NCBI RefSeq assembly: GCF_009834535.1
Contig: NC_045696.1
Location: 6,884,001 to 6,948,000, forward strand
Length of the DNA stretch: 64,000 nucleotides
From: Camelus ferus
Taxonomy: Eukaryota
Direction: 5' to 3'
How positions within the stretch are numbered: position 1 is the stretch's first letter; each line of letters starts with the position of its first letter. The position numbers were made by a program, and so were the translations under genes. Below the pieces are notes generated by a model. The model saw only the letters and a list, made by a program, of their open reading frames with translations, ran no database searches and was not told the DNA's origin. Positions 24,298 through 37,980 of this stretch are shown piece after piece.

Positions 24298-24514
24298 TGG
24301 GGGGTCTCTTGCCTTGGGCACCATTGACCTTTGGGTCTGGATAAGTCTTTATTGTGAAGTTGTGCGCATTGTAGGATGTTTAACAACACCCTTGACTTCA
24401 ACTCACTGGATGCCATTAGCACCTGCCTCCGGTTGTCACAGCTCCTGTCTCCAGACATCACTAAATTTGCTCTGAGGGGCAAGATATCCCGTCTTGAGAG
24501 GTTGGGAATCACCG
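24298..24514. mobile_element. MER20 (hAT-Charlie) DNA transposon
   Basis: GGCACCATTGAC...CATTGTAGGATGTTTAACAACA...CTCCAGACAT...GGTTGGGAATCACCG. Confidence 0.8.
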
Positions 24515-27500
24515 CTCTAGAGAAAACCAGGAAGAACCAATCATTCATTCTTCTGCAGCAATAGTGAGATTTTCCAGTCAATTGCAAACCCTCCCATGGC
24601 TTTGGTCTCCAACATCAGTTCATGCTGCAGTTGCCACCCTCTACTCGCTTAATGCAGGAATGGCAAACTCGCCCACTGTTGGTGGCCACCCAGTGAATTC
24701 ATCTTCCTCCGCCACTTGGCTTTGGGGCCAACCAAGTCAATAGTATTTCTATCTTAGTGATGATGTCATTGAATGATGCTCAGAAAGATAAAGGGCTTTT
24801 CCCAGTGCGATACTGCTCAAGAGGAGAGTAGGAAACACCACAGCTCTTGGGACTGGCAGAAACAGGGGAAGGCGGGTGGGGAGAGGAGGTAGAGATCGCC
24901 TTTCTCCCAGAAGCTGGTAGCAGCATCATTCTTTCCAAAACAGCAGTTTTTAGGACCTGCCCACTGGCTCTGTCAATAACACTTCTTCTCGCTCACTGTG
25001 CCTTTCTGAACTGTTGAAGGTGGAAAGCCCAGCTCTGGGACAGCCACATCTGCTTAGACAATCTTCACTGGTTTCCATCTGCCCAGATCTTGGGGGGAGC
25101 GGGGAAACCAGTGCTATGGGCTTTGCACTGGAGTGTCTTCCTCTCTCATTTGGGATCACAGCGACTTTGGTCCTCCCTCCTTTTCCACTCCTTTTACAGA
25201 CGGTCATCACACACAAAGCAGATGTTCAAGGCGTAAGTCACCATGCCACCAGCCCAGCTTGGCATCTTGGAGACAGCCACCCTAGCCAGGCTGCCACCAC
25301 TGTCCACTGGGGCCAAGAGCAACCAGAAATCTCTGCCTCTGCATCTCCATCACCCCAATCCACACACATCCCAGCGATATCCCGTGCTCCCCAGTCTCTC
25401 TTTGCCAAGCCAGTGGGGGTGTGCAGGTGACACCCCAAGGCTGTGGCGGAGCAGTGACTCCCCCTGGGGACCCAAGTGCAGAGTGCCCCACAGTTGGGGC
25501 CCAGCTCCCATAGGGAATGGGGACCACACCTACCCCACTTGTCTTTGCTCCAGCCCAAAGTAGGAAAAGTAAACAAATACATTTTTAAACTCTCTCCCTC
25601 ACACGTCCTCCGCTCCCCTTCCCTGCCTCCTACCCACTGCAACCCCGTCCCACTGTCCTTCCCCGCCCCCCTCCCACCGCTGCTGCCTGGTTCAGGCAGC
25701 CTGCACCGCCCTCCCACCACCTGCCACCCATCCCTTGATCCTTCCCCTCGCTCCTCCCACTGCTCCCCACTCCTCCTCCGAAGCCCTTCTCCGCAGCTCT
25801 GCTGACAACAGGTTTCATCAGGGCAGAGAGTGGGAATGGGAGATGTGGCCATCCGGGTGAAGCAGGCCAGGAGCAGGCTAGGGGGGCTGGAATTTGGGTT
25901 CTCAGGCTGCCCTCTATGCCCTCGGGTTGCAGAGAGAAGGGTCCCCTGCCCAGCGGCGTGGCCATGAGAAAGGCAGGAGGGCCGAGGACAGATGGCCAAC
26001 CGAGGGAGCGGGAGCCTCCAAGCCAGAGCCAGCGAGCGCATGCGTGTTTGGGACTCGCTGAGCCTGAGATAAGGCTCGGAGATGCCTGCGAGCAGATGGC
26101 CGGAGGGAGCAGCAGGGAACACTGAATTCAAAAGGCTGGGGCTCCCCATCACACAACACAGGCCGGGAAGGGACCCGCCCTCAGCTGAGGACAGGACATT
26201 TCTCAGACCCGGGCTGATGTGAACACCTGGGTAGAGGAGTTCGCTCTTTGCCTCATTGTTATCCCCAGTGAAAGGGAACAAGTCCCTTAAGGGAATATTT
26301 CATCAATAATCTGCCACCCACGTGTTTCCTTGTGCCAGGCTGCTGCCCCTCCCACCCCCCGCCCCACTTTTCCTCCGCCGACAGGTGTGTGCGCTGGCAC
26401 AGCCCACGGGCTCACCGCATCCCTGAATTGGTCTGGGGGAGAGGGGAGGCAGGCAGGGGAAGCATCTGGCTTCTGGCGCTGGGGAAGATTCAAATCGAGT
26501 GACGGTGGATGTCATCGGGTGGGAGGGAGGCACTTCCCAGATTTCACCAAGTCTCAATAAGAGGAAAGAGCTGAGCTGGGACCTTCAGCAGTAAAAACAT
26601 CGCTGCCTACATTTCTCTTGTGCTTTTCTGCTTTGATTTAATCTCTCACAATATATTAAATTTCAGACTCAAAGGCGTTAAAAGAAAGGGAGGCGGGGGG
26701 CATCTCGGTGTTTAAATACTGACTCAGAGAATCGCTCTGTAGCCTAGAACCGCATTCATAAAGGTTTCTACATCAGTTAGCAAAATATGCCTGGCGTGCA
26801 AGGCGAGTGTTCTCCTCCCAGAGAGAGTGCTATCCGTCAGCGTCAGCGCGGTCTTTCCAGGGTCTGAATACCACTGAGCTGCCTACTAGCTGTGAGCCCA
26901 GTTGCAAATTGCTTAACCCTTCTGCTCTGGGTTTCTGCAACTGAGCATAACAATCACCTGGCAGTGTTTTGATGATGTGCATAAAGCTAATGGATGTGTA
27001 CATACAAGCTAATATGTAGACTTGTGTACATAAGCATGTATAAATAATTGCTTTTGAATAGGCATATGCACTCATAAGTTAATGGATATGATTGAAAGCT
27101 AATAAGCATATATATTCCTGTAGTCACATATTGAAAGCTAATATATAATGCATATAAAGCATTCAGCATAGCAGTTGTCACCTATCAGGCACTGAAAAAC
27201 AAAAACAAAAATGCAATTTCTTATTATCCGCACACCTCTGTTCACTTACTATTCTCAAGCCCCTTACGAAGATGTTTATTTCATATTGTGGAGTTTTGTC
27301 ACCTTGTGCTGTATTCTTGAAGACCCAAGGGTTATGGTGTGGCTCTTTGATTTTGTAAGTTGGCATTAGGTACCAAAAACTTCTTTTGACTGATTTCAGC
27401 TACCTTAGGGACTTAAATATGTCATGTTGGTTACTTGTCGCACCTTGTTCTGACAAGTAATACCGCACCTTACAAACTTTGAACTTTCATTCCTTGCCAA

Positions 27501-29280
27501 AGAGTCTCCTTGCGAGTTTCATTACTAAATACTGTAATCCTTTCAACTCAGTATGCAGACGCTTTGCTCCCAATATCACATGCTCTCTCCTGAAACAGAT
27601 GTGATATTGACGGTGTTTGCTCCCCGATTCACACAGTCCACTTCACAGAATTAAGACAGATAAACCTGGCCTTTGATTTCCTGAAGTCAAACCCAAACCA
27701 AACATCACTCCCTGCTGAGTTGTCAGGGATGCTTTCTTAGTAGGGATTTAATTCAGATTATGGCTCTGACTCTCCCCGGGAGCAAATGTCCAACTAAATC
27801 AAAGAAAAGCACCCAATGGTCAGTGTGTCTTGACTTCGAAATAACCCCCATCCCCAAATTATTTCCTCCTCCAAGTGGCTGGGTCGCTAACCTGCAGGCC
27901 CATGACTGTGTGGTCCTTTTTTCCAGCTTACATTCTCAACAAGAGCGCTCTCATAAAAAAGTGGACAGGAAGAAACAAGTCTGGATTTTTTTTGCAATCC
28001 AGAATTTTCTCCTCCCATGTAAGATCCACAGTCTCTGTCCGTGGCTTTAATGAAAGGAAAGATGTCAAATGCATGTCTAAGACCCTCCCATGGGAAAGAT
28101 TTTCTCACCATTTTCTCCTGCCAGACTTGTACATGTTACTTCGTGACCATCGAGGAAGGAAAAAAATGATGCTTTGAGTAAATCAAGAGTTGTGAAAAAA
28201 AAAAAAAGAGTTGTGTTCCTTGAAATGCAAGATTCTTGCCTTGCATCCTCTCTTTAAAAATCTAATTATTTAAATAAATCAAGGGTGAGTCCTTCACAAA
28301 TAATTAACCAAATGATCAATAAGTACTTACCAGCAGGTACTAACAGTGTGTGGGAGAGGAGGTCAGTTATAAAACAAGAATCAGGCGGTGAAGGCCGATA
28401 TAAAAAGTTAAAATCAGCTTTGAACAACAGGCAAACTCTTATCGCCAGGAAGTAGATGATAAAATTCTGAGTGAGTGGAGTACACCTGCAGACCTCATCT
28501 TTTTTTTTTTTTTTAACTGAGGCATAAAGTTCAACTCACAACAACTCATTTTCTAGAGAAACCTCAAGAATATGCTGCAATTCACTTCCCTGTCTTTCCA
28601 TCCTGCCAAGACCACAAGGTCATTATAGGAGTAACCTTGAATCTGCTGGTTGTGAAACAGAAAAGTAACAATTTGCACTTTTCTGTATAATTATTATTGA
28701 CCCCAGATTATCTCAACACCAAAGCTGAGATTTGAAAAGGGAGAGACTCCTTCTTGGAGGATGCAGGAAGGCATCAGTTAAGCTGAATCGTGGAGAACGG
28801 GCAGGGTTTTACCGAGGAGATAATGGGGGCGACAGTGCCGCCAGTTAGGGGGCGGTGGGGAGCTTGGCTCGGGGTGGAGATGGCGAGGGTGGTCACTCTC
28901 TTAGGAGAAAACAGTGGAGGCAGGAGAGCACAGGTGTGTTTGGAGAACAATGATCAGGACATGTTGACTAAAGCTGGACATTTTCATTAGGAAACAGTAA
29001 GAGAAGTTCGGGAATGGTGGATGGGGCCAGTAAGGCACTGAATGCTGGATGCGAAGTTTTTAAGTTATCCTAAAGCCCAACACTGTATGCAGGATATTCC
29101 TAGGGATCTCAGTCCCATATATCCTCAGAAGAATTTTTTTTTAAAGCAGAATTGACGAGGGGTGTTGGTGATTCAACTGTTTTAGGAGGTTCTTGCCCCC
29201 TCCCCTAGAGATTCCCAGTGTCTGCTAGTGTAAGAAAGGCTTGAAGATGCTTTACAGGAAAGAAATCTGCTTAACTTCTC

Positions 29281-29737
29281 TGGTAGAGTTTAAAGCAGTG
29301 TGCTCCACAAGAGAGCACACCCTAGTCCCCGGAGCCTGTGAGCGGTACCGCACATGGAGCTAAAGTGGGGAGAGATCTTTGCAAATGTAATCGAGGTAAG
29401 GATCTTGACTTGGGGAGATTATCCCGCATTATCCAGGTGGACCCTAAATGCACTCATATATGTACAGCAGGATTGGCAACGTGAGGCAGGACAGAGAGGT
29501 CTGAAGATGCTGGCCTTAAAGACTAGAGGGTTGCAGCCACAAACCAAGTACCACTAGCAGCCCCCAGGATCTGGAAGAGGCTAGAAGGATTCTCCCCTAG
29601 AGCCTCCAGAGGGAGTGGGCCTTGCTGATGTCTTAGTCTCAGATTTCTCACCTCCAGGATGGTGAGAGAACAAATTTCTGCTGTTTTGAGCCACCCGGAT
29701 TCTGGTAATGCTACGGAGGCCCTAAGGAATGAAGACA
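29281..29737 (+). mobile_element. MLT1 (MaLR) LTR
   Basis: GGGAGATTATCC...GGATTCTCCCCTAGAGCCTCCAGAGGGA...AAATTTCTGCTGTTTTGAGCCAC. Confidence 0.85.
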
Positions 29738-29849
29738 AGGATGGATGCTAGCGGCATGACTAATGGTTTTCTCCAGAATTACATTTGTCTGACAGTTGTA
29801 TCATTATAAAGATTATAAAGGTGCTAAATGTGAGATTAAGAAAAGGAAA

Positions 29850-30030
29850 TATCTGTTAGGTATAAAACAAGCTACCAGGATATATTGTACAGCATGGGGA
29901 ATATAGCCAATATTTTACAATAATAACTATAAATGGAGTATAACCTTGAAAATTTATGAATCACTATCTTGTGTACCTGTAACTTATATAATATTATACA
30001 TCAACTATACTTCAGTTAAAAGAAAAAGAG
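29850..30030 (+). mobile_element. L1 3'UTR end fragment
   Basis: GATATATTGTACAGCATGGGGAATATAGCCAATATTTT...TCAACTATACTTCA. Confidence 0.85.
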
Positions 30031-31329
30031 AAAAGATCTGGCCTGTAAGACATTTATAGGATTTATCAATTGAGATTTTGAAATGTCCTGTTACTCACTG
30101 ACCCTCTAGGTTTACCAGCACTATTTGGTATAAGGGTCTCCTTTAGATGTCCGTTCCACTGCAGGAATTTGTGCTGTCATATTAGACAGTCTAAATGCTC
30201 ACTGGAAAAGGCTTTGCTCTGTGGCTCCGAGATGGAGCAGCCGCCCTTCAGTGGACCTAAGATGGGTGGCGGGATTTACATCCTTATAAAAGAGAGATGA
30301 GTTATGCAGATTTAGAATTCTTTGAGAAATCCCCTCTCACTGGTCTGCGTGTGTCAGCTCCAGCAAAGCCGTGGCCCCCAACACCCAAAGTCAGGAAAGG
30401 CATTTTCTCACATCAAGCATCCTTTCAGCAAAACATCGCCTCCCAGTGCTGAGGAGGAAAACACAATTATGGGGATTCTTGAGACAGATAATCTCCCACA
30501 AAAAAGCAGCAGCCAGATGTCAATTAGAGGCCAAGGAGCCCAGAGCTGTGTGGGTTTTCCGAAATGAGAGCAGACAGGTTGTAGGAGCCCGGAGCTGGCT
30601 CAGGGACGCTGGTTGATGAGGGGTGTTGGGGGAACGGAACTGGGCACCTAGGCATCCTGCCTTCCACACCCACAAGGAGTGGGCTCACTGCCAAATCCTG
30701 ACCCACTCTTCATTGTCAGAGGATGCCTGGAGGGCACCTCCCCAATTCCCAGACGTTATATATTGAAGGCTTTGCCATTCTCCACATGCATCCAGATTGT
30801 TCTCATGACCACCTCTTAAAAGGGCAACTTCTGGGCGACTGGCTCGTCCAGAAATAGGAGCTGCAAGTTACCATTCAGTTCATAATGTCCCACATGAAAT
30901 GAAACGCTGTGAGTGAAATGCTTTTTTACTAAACAGGTGTGAGAGTCCCTGTGAGCTGCTTCTCCTCCTCTGTTGGAATCCTTGCCTTGACACAGGATGT
31001 GAAATCACATCTCTGATCACTCCTATTCATGACTCCCTAAAGAAGTCTTTTAGATGATAATGACCCTTTGACAGTATAATTCTAACCCAATACGATTTCA
31101 GCAAAGCTCTGTCATTCAGCATTTCCTACGGCTTTGCTGTGTATCTGCCCTTTTGCTGGATAACATGGAAGTTGTAAAGTCTCTATCAAGGGAGTAGAAT
31201 TTACCAATTGATTAACCAGACCCAGTTGACTAGAAACTTCCTATAACCATATAGAATATGTTTAGGAAAAATAAGAAAATGATAAGGAAAGAAAAGTACA
31301 TGTATTCCTAACACAGTAGGCATACATAT

Positions 31330-31555
31330 TTGTTAAGTGAATGACTGAAAACAGAGAATCTGTTGAAAAATGATTACCCTCTGAAAGGGAGTAACTGCTT
31401 GGAGGACGGGGTTGCCTTTTGGGGTGATGAAGATGTTTTGGAGCTAGATGGAGGTGGTATTTGCACAGCATTGTGGATGCATGAAATGCCACTGCATTGT
31501 CCACTTCCACGTTAATTTTACTTTATGGGACTTCAGCCTCAATTTAAAACAAATA
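31330..31555 (+). mobile_element. Old L1M 3' end fragment
   Basis: GGGGTGATGAAGATGTTTTGGAGCTAGAT...TGCCACTGCATTGTCCACTT...CCTCAATTTAAAA. Confidence 0.75.
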
Positions 31556-32309
31556 AACACTTCCCATATTATGACCTGATGTGCTGGGCACAGAACACAT
31601 TCAGTCACATCTTCACAAAACTCTGCAACAGTGGCTGTGATGGCTAAGAAGCAGAAAGGTCCACGGGCCGATAAATCCCTGCATGCAGGAAGCATTTACA
31701 ATGCCGAACTATTTGATAAGACAAGCGTACTTCCAGAAAATTCCATTTTCCCTATCCATTTATGACCTTCTACATTAGAATAGCCATGTTTGAGTCTGGA
31801 CGGCTTGAAGCCCTTCCCGTAAATTTGGAGGCCTCACAATGCAAAGAATATTATGTCCTTGGAGGTCCTAAGCACCATGGTTCTTTTCAAAAGAGAAAAG
31901 TCTCATTTTGTTGATGAGGACCCTGAAGTGACACTGCTGGTTCATTCATTGTGCCCAAGGTGGGGCAGGGGGAGCGGAGGGGGCAGAAGTGAGCTTGGCA
32001 GAGGGGCCTCCAGATTTCTATGCTGAGGGAACAATTTTTTACATAGAAGTCAGAGTTGGGAGAGGTGGTGTAAAAGGATGAAAATGATTAAAACTGCAAC
32101 TTGGAAGATGGGCAGAGCTCATGCGTCGTGGTATTTTGATGTATTTTTGCAGCAGAAATCAGAACAAATAACCAGATAATGGATTGACACTTGACAACAA
32201 CGTTAGAGGGAAAGTGACAAAGTTGGCAATAAGGTCCACACAGCAGCACGCGCCTGACTCTGGGAAGTGAGAGCAGACATGGGAGGACCTTGTCTTGTCG
32301 ATTCCGTAT

Positions 32310-32970
32310 GTGTTTTGCTGTAATAAACAATATTTGTGGTCTTGTCCCCCAGTCCTGGCACAGAGCTTCCAAACCCTGTGGCGTTTCTTGGGTGGTGAGT
32401 GTCTTTATTCTGCTAAGGAGGTGTCCTAGGTCTATCAGGATGAGGGCTGGTCACCAGCAAGAGCAAACTATTCCTCAGTGCAGGGGAGGGAGCTGGAGTT
32501 GGCAGTGAATCATGTGGCCAGTGACTTCAGGAATCATGTCTCTGCAATGAAACCCCAGTAAAAGCTTTGGGCACAAGGCTCAGTGGAGCTTCCTAGTGGA
32601 GGAACATTTTGACATCCCGGGAGGTTGATGTGCCCTGACTCCACAGGGAGAGGGCATGGAAGCTCTGCCTCGCTCCCAGACCTCACGTGTGCGTGTCCTT
32701 GGTAATAGACTGTAAGTGTGGGTGTGGTGCTTCTTTGCGTTCTGTGAGTCATTCTAGTGAATTACAGAACTTGAAGGGGCTGTGGGAACCCCACAATCTA
32801 TAGCCAAAACTGTGATCAGACACTCAGGTTCGGAGATATAGATGGCCTGGGGACCCCCAAAGTGTATCTAATGTCTGAAGTCAGAGCAGAGTGTGGGGAA
32901 CTGAGCCCTTAACTTGCGGGGTCTAACACCAACACCAGGTTGTTAGTGTCAGAACTGAACCGCAGTTCAC
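32310..32970 (+). mobile_element. MER21-like LTR
   Basis: GGTCTTGTCCCCCAGTCCTGGCACAGAGCT...GAGGGCATGGAAGCTCTGC...GTGTCAGAACTGAA. Confidence 0.75.
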
Positions 32971-32989
32971 CCAGTGAAAGTGGAAACAG

Positions 32990-33108
32990 ACTCCCTCTCT
33001 CCCTCACTCTCTCTCTCTCTCTCTGTCTGTCTCTCTGTCTCTCTCTCTCTCTCTCCCTCTCTCTTTCTCTTTATATATATATGTATATATATATATATAT
33101 ATATATGT
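32990..33108. repeat. Compound (TC)n-(TA)n microsatellite
   Basis: Read directly. Confidence 0.95.
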
Positions 33109-33608
33109 ATCGTTTCATAGTTTCAATTTCTCCCTCACCAAACAATGAAAAACATCTTTCAATGGGTAATATTCTGACAGTTTAACTTTGGAAACCAAAC
33201 CGAAAAGCCTCCTTCTGAACCCAACCATGCAATTTATTTTCATTCATCATTATGAACTCTGATCTATTCCTAAAGCGATCTTTGGCTCTTTTTTTAAGCA
33301 GAAGAAATATTACTTCTATTTACAAGAGATTAGAAATATAGGTGGGTTTTTTAAATTTATTTTTTTCCTCTCATCCTCTTTTCCAGATTTTTCTGGTGGG
33401 AAAATTACTTAGAATTTAATTAATGGCTTCTTCCTGCCCTGGCTTTCTCGACAGCCAAATATAAAAGATAAATGAACCAACTTTTGGCAATCTGGGAAGG
33501 TGTACCTGCATTCTTTTAGGAGACTTTACTTAAATCAGAATCAGTCGTGTAAAGATACAAGAAAAAGCTAGTTTTAAGAAAACTGACAGATTTACAAAAA
33601 AGCATAAC

Positions 33609-34265
33609 TGATACCAGAAAAACGGGCATGGGGCATGAGGAGGGCCGTGTCCCAGGTCTCTGGGGAGCCCCTGGGATGTGCCCTGCCAAGTGTGGGTCCT
33701 TGGCTTTGTGCAGGAAAGAATTCAAGAGTGAGCCAGGGTTGAGTAAAGGCAGATTTATTTATAGAGAGATACATGCTGCATAGAGTGTAGGCTGTTTCAG
33801 AAGGCGAAAGAAAGGCCACAAGGTGTGGGGGTTGGGTGTTCAGGTTAAAATAAAAGTAGCTACAGATTCCATAGACAGAGTGCGGATCATCTCTGAGCAC
33901 AAGGGAGCAAGAGAGATCGAGAGGTGCAGTGTCACCAGCTTTTGTGGACTGGGCAGCTTCATATGCTAAGTGGGAGCACCATTCTAACTACCCTGGGGAA
34001 GGGGCTGGGATTCCCAGGAAGTCAGCCATTCCCCACTCTTTGACATTTTATAGTCAGCCTTGGAGCTGTCGTGTGCCTGTGGGCATGTTATTTATCATGC
34101 TAATATATTACAATGGACGTAAAATGAAGCTCAGGGTCTACTGGAAGTCAAATCTCTCACCGTCTTGAGCCTCAAGGCCCACTGGGCTTGAATCTTCCAC
34201 CATTTTGGTGTTAATTGCTGTCATTCCTTGAATGGCTATGCCCTGCCCCCTTCCCTCCTGTCTCA
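33609..34265 (-). mobile_element. ERV solo LTR (657 bp, ERV1-like)
   Basis: TG...CA termini, 4-bp TSD TAAC (33605-33608 and 34266-34269), minus-strand TATAAA near 34050 and AATAAA at 33754-33759. Confidence 0.85.
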
Positions 34266-36329
34266 TAACCACATAATTTTATAAGTAGCACATTATTTGA
34301 GAGGGAATATAGTTTCAGGCATTTTTTTTTAAATATAAGATTGCCTTCCAGATTTCCAAACATTCTTCAGTTGCATTCTCTTGCCATAATCACTTTCATA
34401 ATAAGTAATGATGGTTTTCAAATGCCGGGAGTTAACAAGTCTAAGAAGCAAACAAAAGAACAGCCTCTGGTTTTGAGGCAATGACATTCTGATTTCAGTT
34501 CTAAAATCAGATGACTTAGCATAATATGCTTCTCAAGTCATTGGATCTTACATTTTTTTCCATAGAGCTTTCTAGGCAAAACTGTCAATCGCATTTAAAG
34601 TTATTCGTAGTATTTTACTATTTGCTGCCAGCAAAATCCAGAACAACAACAGAAGAAATTATAAACAAAAAATTAAAAAGCAACCACCTAAGGCAAGTAT
34701 CTAGTTGGTCTAGTGTGGATGAGACCAAAGAATTTGGAATACTGTCCAAAGATGCAGACAATTACAACGATCCAAAAAGAGCTTTCATATGAATTGAGGG
34801 GTGAGACAATATACTTGTGGGAATTACCTACACACTTAATTTGTTCAGCTCATCAAATATATGTTTTCTCCCATCTGTTAATATTTTTTAAGTTCCTACC
34901 CAATTTTTGAAAGGTGGTATCCAACAGTTTATATCTCAAACTAGCAGGATTCTCAGCCATTTTGATCCCTCCTAGAAAAGCAAAAAGATTGAGTATATAT
35001 TATTTAGAGCCTTAATAACCATCCTCTAATGGAGAAAAGGTAGAAGAGGGTGAGGGAAAGGTTAAAAAAAATCAGGACTATTTCTCTTGCGATCACCTCT
35101 GTTTCTCAGCAGATTGAAAAACATCAGTGTGACAAAAGAACAAGAGAAAATACATTAGGACCAGACAGGAGACGTCAAAGGCAGCTGGGCTGGGGGAGGG
35201 GAGTCTTATCATGATGGAGAAACTGTCATTTTTAAATTGACCGGATTGTGGGTTACTATAGAGACCTACGTTTAATGACCTGATGGGGAACAGTGAACCC
35301 ACCAAAAGTTGCATGGCAATCACAGCTTGCACACAGTTAAGCTTTTGTGGGGTAAAAACATGGGATTCTGCCATCATTTGGATGTCACTGGCTGTCAGGA
35401 ACCTCAAAGAAGGGGCCCTGTATCCTAAAGTGGCGTGTTGTATATTCCATTAAGTTGCCTCATTAGTCCCTGGCTGCTTTGCAAGGAATGTATCCGCCCT
35501 GCGGAAGCCCGATGGACTGAGAGGCTGGTTTCCATGGAGATGTTTTGCAGCGTTGCTGGTACTCCCTACAGAAGGGAGAGACTGCCCTGGTGCTCAGTGT
35601 GTACAGACACACACACACTCATCATACATACACACACATGCACGCACACGCACACACACGCACACACACACTTTTCAGTTAGACAAACTGACTATGGCAA
35701 GAAATATAAGCTAATTGAAAAGGACTAGTGGGGTTTGAGGAGTAAGGACAGGATTGGGCAATGTTTGGAGAAGCCTCTTTTTTGAAGCATCTGTAGCCTT
35801 TGGATTATGTGTTTAGCAGAGAATGAAAAAAGAGAGCCATATCGCCTGCGTTCTGGGCACGGGCTGATGCTGTACCTGAGGGGAAAGACGTCCTCTGAGG
35901 GCGCTGAGGAAGGGCCAGCCTGGTATGGAGCCAAAACCTTCCCCAGAGAGCCAGGGAGGCAAGGAATCCCCTCCCAGGGTAACATCTGCGCACATCAGCA
36001 TATACCAGCAACAACAGCGACCACCAGCAGGGGGGGTTTCTGAACCAGGGTGAGGTTCTGTTGTCAGCTCATTTGGAAAGGACAGCCCACAGCCTGGTCA
36101 GAACTTCAGTCCTGTGCTAGAAACTCCTCCTTGCTCTCACAATAAGGAAAATACTTTGGAGAAGCGGGGTTGGGGGGGGGGAAGTCCCCTTTTGGTTTGG
36201 GGATCTGGTCGTGGTCTCAGCATCACCATTATTAGCTGTGTAGCTTCTGTGTGACATCAGAGACTTTACTTGACCTCTCTGTTCTTTATCTGGAAAGCAA
36301 AACTGGCAGCATTGGTATAGCACTTAGTG

Positions 36330-36760
36330 CACGTCAGGGGCTTCTGCAAGCACTTTGCTTTCTCATTAGTTGATCACAACAGCTTCGGGAACAAATGCAA
36401 TTATCATCCTCGTGCTGTGGGTGAGGAGACTAAAGCACAGAGAGGTTAAGAAACTTGCTCAAGATCACACAGCTAGGAAGGAACAGAGTCAGAATTCAAA
36501 CCCAGTTCCCGTGGCTCTAAACCCAGGTGCTCAGCCTCCACTGCTGGGGGTCCTGGTGTAATGCTAAGAGGTATTGAGTGGCTTTTATTCTACTTGCTTT
36601 CCCATATTCATGGATTTAATCTTAACAATTCTATTGAAGTTGATGCTAATAGACATTCAGATGAAGGCACTGAGGCACAGAGAGGTAAAACACCTTGCCT
36701 AAAGCTACACAGCTAGAATTTGAGAGGGCTGGAATTTGAACTCAGGCCTTCAGGTTTGAG
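36330..36760 (-). mobile_element. Two tandem MIR fragments
   Basis: Core ACT(A/G)A(A/G)GCACAGAGAGGT(T/A)AA...CTTGC...CACAGCTAG present twice (about 36430 and 36670). Confidence 0.8.
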
Positions 36761-37946
36761 AGCAATCAATCAAGATGGAAAAAGAAACCACCAGAAAGGG
36801 GGCAGCTAGGAAGCAGGTGGCTGGTGACCAGGGTCAGAGCGGCATCTCTTGGTCCAGCGCTGTTGTGTGGGTTGGTTTGCGGTTGGGAGGTGGGGGGCTT
36901 GCTTCCCTTGGGACCAGAGCAGCGGATCAGTCCACCCACACCTCCCCACCATCCACGCTCAGCACAGCCAGCCCCTCGGTGTCCCTTCCCCTGTTAAGAG
37001 GCAGATTTCCCTGCTAGAGCCACAGAGGTAACACTCCGCCAACCGGCACGACCCTGCCCACCAAGGCCTAGGCTGATTCTGAACCTTTCCGGTGTCAGAA
37101 TGACTTGGTGACCTCAGACAGTTCACCACCCCGCAAGAGAGTGGGGGAGCTGAGAAAATACATTCTGACAAAAAGCGGAAACCAACCTAAATCACATCCA
37201 CCCTTAACTGTGTAATTTGTTGCCCCAACAGCCTATACTCACATGGAACAGGAGCCACACAGATACGGACTGGAAATTCTTTATTTTATCTGCAGGTGGT
37301 ACCTAGTGTATAGAAGCACCCTCAGGCCCTGGTCGCAACTTCTCCCCGCCTCCCTGCCAGGGATTTGAGAGCTGAGCATCACAAATCTAAGTCCACTCTC
37401 CTGGAACACAAGGACCTTACCTGTCCTTGGAGCCCCTGGCACCCAGCACGGTGCCTGGCACAGAGCAAGGGTCCGTGAACGTCTTCCAGGAGGGCTGGCG
37501 CTGGCCCCCCAGCCTTGGGTCCCCCCTGGAGACCTTCCAGTATGGCTGTGCAGGGCAGGGGAGCCAGTGCTGCTCTGGGCTTGGCCTTTGTCTGGGCCTG
37601 TCCCCTCCAGAGGCCAGCACAGCCACCACCTTCCCCTGGGGCTGCCTCCAGTGAGGACACTGGAGCCAGGGAGCTGGAGGTGGGTGTGCAGGGAGCAGGT
37701 TCACCAAGACACCCACCCCAGCCAGTCTCTGCTATTGCTTTTGTTGGGGTCTCACTGCTACCTCCCATGCCCGACACTTGAAACAGCCTGAACCTTCTGC
37801 CTGCTCAAGTTCATTTACATCATGGGGGTTAAAGCCAAGGGCTCAAAGCTTTCACCAGACCCCTAAAGGAGAGCAGTTCCAGGAAACTCAGATCCCTGAT
37901 CCCCAAAGTCTGGGATCAGAGTACTGTTCAGAGAAGTCACCTGACA

Positions 37947-37980
37947 TAGGGTTAGGGTTAGGGTTAGGGTTGGGATTAGG
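37947..37980 (+). repeat. Short interstitial telomeric repeat (TTAGGG)n
   Basis: TAGGG(TTAGGG)3TTGGGATTAGG. Confidence 0.85.

Noticed and set aside
25238..26281. 347-aa minus-strand ORF
   Set aside because: Low-complexity G/P/S/R-rich translation of GC-rich DNA with no domain and a non-ATG start.
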